Shown: positions 32,275 to 40,704 of the stretch, in pieces
How positions within the stretch are numbered: the stretch's first letter is position 1
How the letters are laid out: each line of letters starts with the position of its first letter
Assembly (NCBI GenBank): GCA_021373185.1
Contig: JAJFTF010000005.1
Span: 10,572 to 74,571, forward strand
Source of the DNA: Betaproteobacteria bacterium
GTDB lineage: Bacteria; Pseudomonadota; Gammaproteobacteria; Burkholderiales; Sulfuricellaceae
Reading direction: 5' to 3'
DNA: 64,000 bases
Program-made: the position numbers and the translations under genes
Notes under the pieces: generated by a model
Told to the model about the DNA's origin: nothing
Seen by the model: the letters and a program-made list of their open reading frames with translations, nothing else
The model's database searches: none

Positions 32275-32704
32275 GCGCGTACACCAGCTTGAGAATTGGT
32301 CTTCGACCGGCAACATGCAACCGAATAAAAATTTTCCGCCCGTTTAACACCTTGTGTCCCCAAGAAAAATAATTGGCGTCGGTGAAATGTAGCGTATGAG
32401 TGGCATACGGTTCCAGCCGACGGTCACCAGAATCAAAGTCTGCGCTTCCAAAGGACTCGAAACTTTTTAGCGGCCAACGACCGGAACAATAGAGAAGTTC
32501 CCAGTACGTGAGAATGAGCGGGCGATTTGAAAGGTTACGGATAAAAATTTCATTGCCAACGCTTTCACTACCCGTGAAGTTGTAGCTGACGTCAACGCGA
32601 AAGCGATCTCGCCAGAGTTCAAGGAGCTTGACGATTGCAAGCAGCGTGGAGAGACCCGCACCCCACCAAGCAATTAGTGTCGATCCAGATTCAGCAGCAC
32701 ACAT
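32270..32704 (-). CDS. Hypothetical protein (about 144 aa, one N-terminal TM)
   Basis: AT-richer ORF; ATG 32704 preferred; the longer in-frame extension runs through the duplicated moxR start. Confidence 0.6.
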   Translation of the reverse strand: MCAAESGSTLIAWWGAGLSTLLAIVKLLELWRDRFRVDVSYNFTGSESVGNEIFIRNLSNRPLILTYWELLYCSGRWPLKSFESFGSADFDSGDRRLEPYATHTLHFTDANYFSWGHKVLNGRKIFIRLHVAGRRPILKLVYAH

Positions 32705-32725
32705 ATGATGACGCCCCATCAAAGC

Positions 32726-32750
32726 ATCAAAGGGGCCTGGCCCCTTTGAT
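32726..32750. repeat. 25-nt palindrome ATCAAAGGGGCC-T-GGCCCCTTTGAT
   Basis: Perfect 12-bp arms; sister motif at 32840-32864. Confidence 0.85.
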
Positions 32751-32754
32751 TGTA

Positions 32755-32845
32755 CGGCCTGGCGGATGACGTTGCGTAGTGAATCGCTCATGGTGATGGC
32801 CTGTGAATTGGTCTTATATAGAAAACAGTTTAGCCATGGATCAAT
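32755..32845. repeat. Copy B of moxR 5' duplication (encodes MSDSLRNVIRQA)
   Basis: See copy A. Confidence 0.9.
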
Positions 32846-32864
32846 CGAGTCTGACCCCATTGAT
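32840..32864. repeat. 25-nt imperfect palindrome ATCAATCGAGTC-T-GACCCCATTGAT
   Basis: Same length and architecture as 32726-32750. Confidence 0.7.
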
Positions 32865-32904
32865 TCATTCGTATGTTGATGATGATCTGAGATTCAGGAT
32901 GCGT

Positions 32905-32946
32905 ATTCATAAGGCGCCCAGCGTCCGGTGGAATGATGGGTTATGC
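32905..32946 (-). mobile_element. Truncated attC site (left arm) at end of PIN cassette
   Basis: GCATAAC (contains the TAA stop)-CCATC-ATTCCACC-GGACGCTG; right arm and GTTRRRY not recognisable. Confidence 0.65.
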
Positions 32947-33759
32947 ATCGGATTTCGTAAGGTCTTCGAAGTCCGCAAGAATTTCCGCTAACAGCTTTTC
33001 CTCTTCCTCTTCCATTTCCTTCGTGACGGCAGCATGGACAATCTTTAGGCCTGCCGATAGCTTGTCGGTAAGGATTATTTTTCTCTTCTTGCTTACGCGC
33101 TCGCTGAATTCTTGTTTGAGCCAGTCATTCAGGTAGGATTTGCCATCGTAGGTCGCTCCGTAATCTGTGTCCCGAGTGACTATTACGACGTGCTTTCCGC
33201 TGTCAGCCGAGCATTTAACAATCCACTCCCAGTTCACTGCATCACCAATGGATGTGTCGGCCTGCTTTCTTGGCGGATAGCCAAGTGTGAAGCGCTTTCT
33301 GGCTAAGTTTCTTACCGAAATGCGCTCCTTCTTTGAACGAGAAAGGTTGAATGGTGAATCGTTTTTGAAGATGCGCTGTAGAGTTTGATACACAGGGTCA
33401 TGATGCGTTGGGTTACTGAGAACAGCTTGAATTTTTTCGTTGACCTTTTTGTGTTGCGCAATAAGTTCCTTCTTCTTCTTTTCGATCATCTTCGTTGCTT
33501 GGAGGTCGGCAACGAGTGCGGGAACTGTAAGCTTTCCCCAGTCCGGGGCAGTGAAGTTGTTCAGTGACTCAACAATGACACGTTGGCGGTTTTTCTTGTA
33601 CTCCATCTCGATTTGGGAGCCAACGATCAGCCGATCCTTGCAGGCTTCCAACTGCTCAAGATATTTGGTGCTGATGTCAGTCTTCCTGATTCGGTAGAAA
33701 TCTAAGAGGACATTGGTATCAACAAAGAGAAGTGTATCGAGCACCGCTTCAACAGCCAT
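32941..33759 (-). CDS. PIN-domain protein (PIN_8/DUF4935-like), integron-cassette-type gene
   Basis: FVDTNVLLDFY, IGDAVNWEW, VTRDTDY acidic PIN motifs. Confidence 0.8.
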   Translation of the reverse strand: MAVEAVLDTLLFVDTNVLLDFYRIRKTDISTKYLEQLEACKDRLIVGSQIEMEYKKNRQRVIVESLNNFTAPDWGKLTVPALVADLQATKMIEKKKKELIAQHKKVNEKIQAVLSNPTHHDPVYQTLQRIFKNDSPFNLSRSKKERISVRNLARKRFTLGYPPRKQADTSIGDAVNWEWIVKCSADSGKHVVIVTRDTDYGATYDGKSYLNDWLKQEFSERVSKKRKIILTDKLSAGLKIVHAAVTKEMEEEEEKLLAEILADFEDLTKSDA

Positions 33760-33776
33760 TGGTGTCTCCTAGAGAT

Positions 33777-33845
33777 GCATAATGTTAAGTTGAGGGGCTG
33801 ACGCGGGCTGCTTCGCGGCAGTCCAGCTCGAACGTTAGGTTAACC
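33777..33845 (-). mobile_element. Degenerate attC recombination site (69 bp)
   Basis: Minus strand GGTTAAC-CTAAC-GTTCGAGC...CCTCAAC-TTAAC-ATTATGC with extra C and A on the 5' arm; followed by AGGAG RBS and ATG. Confidence 0.7.
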
Positions 33846-33859
33846 TGAGAAAAGTCGTT

Positions 33860-33909
33860 CATTGATAATCCGTGTGCATCGGTGTTAATCCGTGGATAAA
33901 AGCGGTTTT
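33860..33909. repeat. Right-type ATCCGTG repeat arm
   Basis: cattgataatccgtgtgcatcggtgttaatccgtgga matches the reverse complement of 22019-22055 at 33/37 positions by eye. Confidence 0.85.
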
Positions 33910-33951
33910 TCAATTTATTCAGTATAGGCGCATGACGCAGTATCGAATGGG

Positions 33952-34878
33952 CTAGAAATTTGCCGCTTCAGCCTCTAGGTAAGCCCGGCTGATATCGCTG
34001 CCGATGTTCTCCTCATATCCCTTGAGCTTTTTCCACTCGGCGAGGTTCAGGGTGTTGCGCACTTCACTGTCGTTCAGGCCTTTCTTGTAGCCCGATTCCA
34101 CGCCGGCATAGAAATCGGCGATGAGCTTGTGCAGCTTGGCGACATCCGCCTGATTCATCAGCGGCCCGTGCCCCGGTATGATGGCCACGGTATCGAATTT
34201 CTGCACCTGTTCCAGCGCGGCGATCCAGTTTCTGACGTAGCCGTCGCGCATCACCGGCACGGTGGTGTTGACCAGTATGTCGCCGCCGATCAGCACCTTG
34301 TCGTCCGGCAGATAGACCATCATGTCGCCCGCCGTGTGCGAGCCGCGCGGTACCCACAGCAGCATCTTCACGCCTTGCAGGCTACGGTCGTTGCGGCTTT
34401 CTTCCTTGAACGTGACGGTGGCCGGCATCGGGTGGGTATTGGGGAATTTCCGCCCAATCATGTTCTCCATCAACTGCACCCACTCGTCGCCGGTTTTCTC
34501 CACCCATATTCTGCATTGCTCCGAGCTCAATATCACCGCGCCAGGAAACGCCACGTTGCCGAGGATGTGGTCGCCGTGGTGGTGGGTGTTGATGATGTGG
34601 GTAACGGGTTTGGGGGTGATTTTCGCAATCGTTCTGGCGATGTTCTTGCCGACTTCATCGGTTGCGCCGGTATCCACCAGAATCACTCCCTTGTCGCCGA
34701 TGATTACGGTGCTGTTCACCATGTAGCCCTGGTTATGGCTGCTGGGTTGTCCCATCGGCCCGAGCAGGGCATAAACGCGAGCGTTGATCTTCACCACCTT
34801 GGGCTCGGGCATTTTGGTTTTTGCCCAGGCGCCGGAGGCGAGAAGCAAAACAAACAGGGTAAGAATGATTCGCTTCAT
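33952..34878 (-). CDS. Periplasmic MBL-fold metallo-hydrolase (SoxH-like)
   Basis: Signal peptide MKRIILTLF; THHHGDH, GSHTAGD, IPGHG motifs; ATG 34878. Confidence 0.85.
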   Translation of the reverse strand: MKRIILTLFVLLLASGAWAKTKMPEPKVVKINARVYALLGPMGQPSSHNQGYMVNSTVIIGDKGVILVDTGATDEVGKNIARTIAKITPKPVTHIINTHHHGDHILGNVAFPGAVILSSEQCRIWVEKTGDEWVQLMENMIGRKFPNTHPMPATVTFKEESRNDRSLQGVKMLLWVPRGSHTAGDMMVYLPDDKVLIGGDILVNTTVPVMRDGYVRNWIAALEQVQKFDTVAIIPGHGPLMNQADVAKLHKLIADFYAGVESGYKKGLNDSEVRNTLNLAEWKKLKGYEENIGSDISRAYLEAEAANF

Positions 34879-34898
34879 GCTGCCTCCGTGCGGGTGAT

Positions 34899-35876
34899 TC
34901 AGGAAATGGCTTGGTAATACAGGTTCTGCGGGTGATTGGCCTGGGCGAAGAAGAACCAGCGCTCGGCCAGCAATCCCGCATATTGCACCAGAAAAGCGGC
35001 GGACAGCAACACCGTTACCGAGGTGGAAAGCCCGCCGGCCAGCAGCAGCAAGGGCAGCACGAACACTGTGATGAGGAAGACCCATTTGACCGAGCGTAGC
35101 AGGATTTTGCTCTTGCCGTGGAAGAATTCCCGCGTGTTGAACGAGCCGCCCATGAAGCCTTGCGCTTGCTGCACGATTTTATTGTGGCGCACGCCGATGG
35201 CCGATTGCAGGGTGGATTTCGGCTTCAGCTTGCAGTTTCTCATCAGCGATGCGACGCGCGTCACCATCGCCAGCAGCGTGATGATGATCGCCCACTTGCC
35301 GTAAAAACCCATCAGCTCGGGCGCGGCATAGACCGAATAGGCCGTCGCCAAGGTAAAGCCGGAGGCGCTGCCGAGCAGCAGGTAGTTGATTACCGTAAGC
35401 GGGCTATGCCACTCCTGCAAAAATTTCAGGCAGGCGTAAATCATCGCCGTGCAGACAAACAAGACGAAGCACAGCACCGTGCCGAGCGCGCCGAACACCA
35501 TGGTTGCGCTCAGGGTCAGCGTGCCAATCGTCACCAGCGGCTGGTTCCAGTCCAGCCAGTGGGCTGCGCCATAGAGCAGAACCATGCCCATGAAGGCGGG
35601 TAGGGCGAGCACCTCGCGCGACAGCCAGGAGGTGCGCCATTTGGCTGCCGAGCGCCAGGCCCGTTCGGGATGGCCGAGATGGAAAAATGAAGCGATCAGC
35701 CCGGCAATCAGCAACGACAAGGCGATCAGGCTGCCGCCCAGATAAAATCCTTTGCTCGCCTGCTCCGACAGCAAATGGAAGAATGCGTACACTTGGCCGG
35801 TATAGAGCGCCAGGAAAAGCCCCTGACCGGTGCCGATCAGGGTGGTGAGAAAAATTACTGAAAACGCGGGATGCAT
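34899..35876 (-). CDS. soeC: DmsC-family membrane anchor, SoeC-like
   Basis: MHPAFSVIF, HLGHPERAW...SWLSRE, AERWFFFAQANHPQNLYYQ. Confidence 0.85.
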   Translation of the reverse strand: MHPAFSVIFLTTLIGTGQGLFLALYTGQVYAFFHLLSEQASKGFYLGGSLIALSLLIAGLIASFFHLGHPERAWRSAAKWRTSWLSREVLALPAFMGMVLLYGAAHWLDWNQPLVTIGTLTLSATMVFGALGTVLCFVLFVCTAMIYACLKFLQEWHSPLTVINYLLLGSASGFTLATAYSVYAAPELMGFYGKWAIIITLLAMVTRVASLMRNCKLKPKSTLQSAIGVRHNKIVQQAQGFMGGSFNTREFFHGKSKILLRSVKWVFLITVFVLPLLLLAGGLSTSVTVLLSAAFLVQYAGLLAERWFFFAQANHPQNLYYQAIS

Positions 35877-35911
35877 TAATAACTCCATTTCTCGTTAATA
35901 GAGATGATTTT

Positions 35912-35967
35912 GTAGGAGCGGCCTTGGCCGCGATATTGGCGGTTATCGCGGCCAAGGCCGCTCCTAC
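35912..35967. repeat. GTAG-type REP doublet
   Basis: GTAGGAGCGGCCTTGGCCGCGATA-N8-TATCGCGGCCAAGGCCGCTCCTAC, perfect 24-bp inverted repeat. Confidence 0.9.
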
Positions 35968-35979
35968 GCGATACCATAA

Positions 35980-36711
35980 TTACCAAGAGGTTACGTCGTC
36001 CAGAGACGGTTCGCTCTTGCCCGGCTGCGGTAGCTGACGTTCTTTCTTGAGCGGATTGTCGGCGCGCGACAGCTCGTCGGCATGAATCTTGATCCGGGTC
36101 TTGCGCCGTGGCAGATAGTGGCTGGCCGGCTTGGTCGCCCACTCCGGCATTAGCTGGTAGCCGCCATTCTCGCGGATCGCGGCGGAGACCACCGATTCTG
36201 GGTCGTGGACGTCGCCGAACAGGCGCGCGCTGGTCGGGCAGGCCAGCACGCATGCCGGTTTTCGCTCGGCTTCCGGCAGATTCTGGTCGTAGATGCGGTC
36301 AACGCACAGCGTGCATTTTTTCATCACCTTCTGGTGCTCGTCGATTTCGCGCGCGCCATAGGGGCAGGCCCAGGAGCAATATTTGCAGCCGATGCACTTG
36401 TCGTAGTCCACCAGCACGATGCCGTCTTCCTTGCGCTTGTAGGAAGCGCCGGTCGGGCATACCGGCACGCATGGCGGATCTTCGCAGTGCAGGCAGGATT
36501 TGGGGAAATGCAGGGTCTCGGTGTTGGGGAAAGCGCCTATTTCGTAGGTCTGCACCCGGTTGAAAAAAGTGCCGGTCGGGTCGGCGCCATAGGGGCGGTC
36601 GTCGGACATCGAACCCGCCTGGCCCGAGGTGTTCCACTCCTTGCAACTGGTGACGCAGGCGTGGCAACCCACGCAAACATTGAGGTCGATGACCAGTGCG
36701 AGTTGGGTCAT
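35980..36711 (-). CDS. soeB: 4Fe-4S dicluster subunit, SoeB-like
   Basis: CVGCHAC, CLHCEDPPCVPVCP, CIGCKYCSWACP, CTLC. Confidence 0.88.
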   Translation of the reverse strand: MTQLALVIDLNVCVGCHACVTSCKEWNTSGQAGSMSDDRPYGADPTGTFFNRVQTYEIGAFPNTETLHFPKSCLHCEDPPCVPVCPTGASYKRKEDGIVLVDYDKCIGCKYCSWACPYGAREIDEHQKVMKKCTLCVDRIYDQNLPEAERKPACVLACPTSARLFGDVHDPESVVSAAIRENGGYQLMPEWATKPASHYLPRRKTRIKIHADELSRADNPLKKERQLPQPGKSEPSLDDVTSW

Positions 36712-39602
36712 TTCCATTTCCCCTTTCCGGCAAAGTAGGCCTGCCAGGCGGGGCGAACCTTGCGCGTTCCCGGCGCGGAGGGCACCGCGGTAAATTGCGG
36801 CGAGGTCTGTTCGGGTTCTCCCGCATCCGCCTTGTAGATTCTCACCTTGACGTCATACCAGGCCGCCTGGCCGGTCACCGGGTCGGAGTTGGACAGGTGC
36901 GCGCCGTCGCGGTTGGCGGGCAGCTCTTCGGAAATCAGGTGGTTCAGCAAAAAGCCTTTTTCCGATTCGTTCGCTTCCGGCGCCAGGTTCCATGCGCCCT
37001 TTGATTTGCCGATGGCGTTCCATGTCCATACCGTGCCCGGCTCCACCGCCTCGGAGTGGCGGCACATGCAGCGCACCTTGCCGTGCATCGATTCCACCCA
37101 GATCCAGTCGTTGTCGGCGATGCCTTGCGCCTGCGCGGTCTGCGGATTGACGAACAAATAGTTGTGGGCGTGAATCTGGCGCAGCCAGGCGTTCTGCGAA
37201 TCCCACGAGTGATACATCGCCATCGGCCGCTGAGTCACGGCGTTGAGCGGATATCTGGCGTTGTCGCTGAGTTGCGCTTCGAGCGGCTCATGGTAGAACG
37301 GCAGCGGGTCGAAATAAGTGTCGACGCGCTGTCTGAGCCGATCCGGCGGCTGGCGGCCATCGCTTTTGCCCTGCGCGGCCAGGCGGAACTTCTGCAGCAC
37401 TTCCGAATAGATGTGGATGTTGATCGGCTCGGCGTAGCGCGTCAGGCGGTGGCGCTGCGCCCATTCCAGGTAGCCTTGGTTCCAGTTGCGCATGTACTGG
37501 TAGGAGCGCGGCAGATGGTAGTGGTAAACGCAGTTGTTCTTGGCGTACATTTCCCACTGGCGCGGGTTGGGCTCGCCGCGCATGAATTTCTCGCCGCCCT
37601 TGCCGCGCCAGCCGGCGAGAAAGCCGATGCCGGAGCCCGGCTCGGTTTCATAGTTGATGATGAAATCGGGGTAGTCGCGGTACTTGCGCGAGCCGTCCTG
37701 ATTGACGAATACCGGCAGCTTGAGGCGCGAGCCCAGCTCGATCAGCACTTCCTGGAACGGCTTGCACTCGCCGGTCGGCGGCAGCACCGGAATGCGCACC
37801 GAATCCACCGGGCCGTCGAATTCCGAGATCGGCCGGTCGAGCATCGACATCACGTCGTGGCGTTCGAGATAGGTGGTGTCCGGCAGCACCAGATCGGCGA
37901 AGGCGGTCATCTCGGACTGGAAGGCGTCGCACACGATCAGGAAGGGAATCTTGTACTCGCCGTCCTCGCGCTTGTCCTTCAGCATGTCGCGCACCTGCAC
38001 CGTGTTCATCGCCGAGTTCCACGCCATGTTCGCCATGAAAATGAGCATGGTGTCGATCGGGTAGGGGTCGCCGCGCCAGGCGTTGGTGATGGCGTTGTGC
38101 ATCAGGCCGTGAACGGCAAGCGGATATTCCCAGGAAAAGGCCTTGTCGAGCCGCACCGGTTCGCCTTTTTCGTCGACGAACAGGTCGTCCGGGTCGGCGG
38201 GCCAGCCCAGCGCCATGCCGCCCAGCGGCGTATTGGCTTGCACGCCTTCCGGCCCTTTCGGCGTTTTGGCGCAGGGCGGAATCGGGCGCGGGAACGGCGC
38301 CTTGTGGCGGAAGCCACCGGGGCGGTCGATGGTGCCGAGCAGGCTCATCAGGATCGACATGGCGCGGATGGTGTGAAAGCCGTTGGAGTGCGCCGCCATG
38401 CCGCGCATGGCATGAAACGCCACCGGGTTGCCGGTGACGGTTTCGTGCTCCTTGCCCCAGGCGTCCGTCCAGGCAATCGGCAGCTCGATCTTCTGGTCGC
38501 GCGCGGTGATGCCCATCTCGTGGGCGAGGCGGCGGATGGTGGCGGCGGAAATGCCGGTAATCCCCTCCGCCCATTCCGGCGTGTAATCCTTGACCCGCTC
38601 CTGCAATAACTGGAATGAAGGCTTTACCGGGGTGCCGTCCTTGAGATTGAATTCACCGAGCAGGAACGGGTCGGCGCCTGCGGCATGGGTGACCACCGGC
38701 TTGTTGGTGTTGCGATCCCACCACAGCTTGTTCTGCGGGTCGAAGCAGCCCTCTTCTTCCGGCACTTCGGTGCGCACGAACATGCCGTATTCGCTGCTGT
38801 TTTCGTCGAGATTCACCAGCTCGGCGGAGTTCGAATACTGCACCAGGAAATCGCGGTCGTAGAGGCCGAGGCGGATGATCTCGTGGATCAGCGCCAGCAG
38901 CAGCGCGCCATCGGTGCCGGGGCGGATCGGCAGCCACTCGTCGGCGATGGCCGAATAGCCGGTGCGCACCGGGTTGATCGAGACGAAGCGTCCGCCGTTG
39001 CGCTTGAACTTGGACAGCGCGATTTTCATCGGGTTGGAATGGTGATCTTCGGCGGTGCCGATCATCACGAACAGCTTGGCGCGCTCCAGATCGGGGCCGC
39101 CGAATTCCCAGAATGAGCCGCCGATGGTGTAGATCATGCCGGCGGCCATGTTCACCGAGCAAAAGCCGCCGTGGGCGGCGTAATTGGGCGTGCCGAACTG
39201 CTTGGCAAAAAGGCCGGTCAGCGCCTGCATCTGGTCGCGGCCAGTGAACAGCGCGAATTTCTTCGGGTCGGTGGCGCGAATCCTGGCGAGCCGCTCGGTG
39301 ATCAGCGTGAACGCCTCCTCCCAGGAAATCGGCTCGAATTCGCCTGCGCCCCGCTCTGAGCCGGGCTTGCGGCGCAATGGCCGGGTCAGGCGCGCCGGGG
39401 AATACTGCTTCATGATGCCGGAGGAACCCTTGGCGCAGATCACGCCCTGATTCAATGGATGCTCAGGATTGCCCTCGATGTAGCGCACCTCGCCGTTCTT
39501 CACCGTGACGCGAATGCCGCAGCGGCAGGCGCACATGTAGCAGGTGGTGTTCTTGACCTCGATGCGATCCTGAGTGGTGGCAGTGCTGGCCGAAGTTTGC
39601 AT
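36708..39602 (-). CDS. soeA: Molybdopterin oxidoreductase, SoeA-like (sulfite:quinone oxidoreductase)
   Basis: TTCYMCACRCG...ICAKG Fe-S motif, HGGFCSVN, no Tat signal; ATG 39602. Confidence 0.85.
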   Translation of the reverse strand: MQTSASTATTQDRIEVKNTTCYMCACRCGIRVTVKNGEVRYIEGNPEHPLNQGVICAKGSSGIMKQYSPARLTRPLRRKPGSERGAGEFEPISWEEAFTLITERLARIRATDPKKFALFTGRDQMQALTGLFAKQFGTPNYAAHGGFCSVNMAAGMIYTIGGSFWEFGGPDLERAKLFVMIGTAEDHHSNPMKIALSKFKRNGGRFVSINPVRTGYSAIADEWLPIRPGTDGALLLALIHEIIRLGLYDRDFLVQYSNSAELVNLDENSSEYGMFVRTEVPEEEGCFDPQNKLWWDRNTNKPVVTHAAGADPFLLGEFNLKDGTPVKPSFQLLQERVKDYTPEWAEGITGISAATIRRLAHEMGITARDQKIELPIAWTDAWGKEHETVTGNPVAFHAMRGMAAHSNGFHTIRAMSILMSLLGTIDRPGGFRHKAPFPRPIPPCAKTPKGPEGVQANTPLGGMALGWPADPDDLFVDEKGEPVRLDKAFSWEYPLAVHGLMHNAITNAWRGDPYPIDTMLIFMANMAWNSAMNTVQVRDMLKDKREDGEYKIPFLIVCDAFQSEMTAFADLVLPDTTYLERHDVMSMLDRPISEFDGPVDSVRIPVLPPTGECKPFQEVLIELGSRLKLPVFVNQDGSRKYRDYPDFIINYETEPGSGIGFLAGWRGKGGEKFMRGEPNPRQWEMYAKNNCVYHYHLPRSYQYMRNWNQGYLEWAQRHRLTRYAEPINIHIYSEVLQKFRLAAQGKSDGRQPPDRLRQRVDTYFDPLPFYHEPLEAQLSDNARYPLNAVTQRPMAMYHSWDSQNAWLRQIHAHNYLFVNPQTAQAQGIADNDWIWVESMHGKVRCMCRHSEAVEPGTVWTWNAIGKSKGAWNLAPEANESEKGFLLNHLISEELPANRDGAHLSNSDPVTGQAAWYDVKVRIYKADAGEPEQTSPQFTAVPSAPGTRKVRPAWQAYFAGKGKWK

Positions 39603-39777
39603 GACTTTGATCCCGATTAAGCAGAAGCGCCGCGCCAACAGCGTGCGGCCTTGCAAGAAATGGTAAGCCTTGATTTTACCGAATATTAGCAGTTTCGCAT
39701 CTTTACAATTTTTATGTGGACATTAAGAATTTGGATAAAGTCTAGATTAAAGCCTGTGTCAACGGCAAATTGCCAGT

Positions 39778-39805
39778 GCCCGAAGCCCGAAGCCCGAAGC
39801 CCGAA
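39778..39805 (+). repeat. Heptamer tandem repeat (GCCCGAA)4
   Basis: Read directly. Confidence 0.9.
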
Positions 39806-39993
39806 GGATGCAGGGAGCGGGACAAATTGGAGGTCAGGTTCGGAGTGGATAACAGCTACAGCACTCCAGCCGCCACAATCAAAAATAATCCATATTGTTT
39901 TTGTCGGGTATTATGCTATACATAAACCGTATGGATTCAATCCATTCATGAGTAGATCGGGTATTCAATCTAATTTCCTGACAGGAGACGGAC

Positions 39994-40224
39994 ATGACTG
40001 ACCAAATCCAAATTCTCGTAGACCGGGACGTTTACAATCAACTGATGCTGCTGATGGTGCCGCCCGTCAGCGATGCCAACGCGGTCATCAGGGAGCTGTT
40101 GTTTCAGGAGGGGCATGTTAGCCGGGGGGCTGTTGCTTTAGGGGCCTCGGAACGGCATTTCACTTATGAGCAGGAACTGGAGCGCTCCGCTCAAGGCGTT
40201 TACGAGTGCGGAGGGGGCACTTAA
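39994..40224 (+). CDS. Small hypothetical protein, possible ribbon-helix-helix fold
   Basis: GGAG RBS; IQILVDRDVYNQL...DANAVIRELL pattern. Confidence 0.6.
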   Translation: MTDQIQILVDRDVYNQLMLLMVPPVSDANAVIRELLFQEGHVSRGAVALGASERHFTYEQELERSAQGVYECGGGT

Positions 40225-40305
40225 AGCCCGCCGGAACTTGTCAGGTTGGCGCTGTTTCAGGGCAACCAACGCCGAGGCTGATCGACCGATGGATTGGATA
40301 TCTGC

Positions 40306-40704
40306 TTACACATGAGGAAAACTCGGGTTATGCGCGACTTCCCAGAGGAATCCGTCGGGGTCTGTGAAATATCCCGAGTAACCTCCCCAGTCTGTAGGTT
40401 GTCCCGGTTTCGTGACTTTTGCCCCGTAGGCCGCAACGCGCACAAGTAAAGCATCTACCTCCGCCGGGGAGCGCACGTTATGCGCCAGTGCAAAACCAGG
40501 AAAACCGGACCCCTCTGCCGAAAGGCCTGCGTCAGCGGCCAGGCTCTCCCGCGACCAAAGAGCGAGCCATGTTTTCCCCAGCTCGAAGAACGTGACGGTC
40601 GGCGGTGTCTCAAGCCGTGGTAACCCAAGGCATTCCTCGTAGAATCGTGTGGCCCTGTCAAGATCGGATACGCCGAGGGTGATAAGACTAATGCGAGGTT
40701 CCAT
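40306..40704 (-). CDS. VOC/glyoxalase-family protein
   Basis: RISLITLGVSDL, WGGYSGYFTDPDGFLWEVAHNP. Confidence 0.9.
   Translation of the reverse strand: MEPRISLITLGVSDLDRATRFYEECLGLPRLETPPTVTFFELGKTWLALWSRESLAADAGLSAEGSGFPGFALAHNVRSPAEVDALLVRVAAYGAKVTKPGQPTDWGGYSGYFTDPDGFLWEVAHNPSFPHV

Noticed and set aside
32726-32864. ATCAA/TTGAT half-sites read as FNR boxes
   Set aside because: Orientation and spacing are inverted relative to TTGAT-N4-ATCAA.
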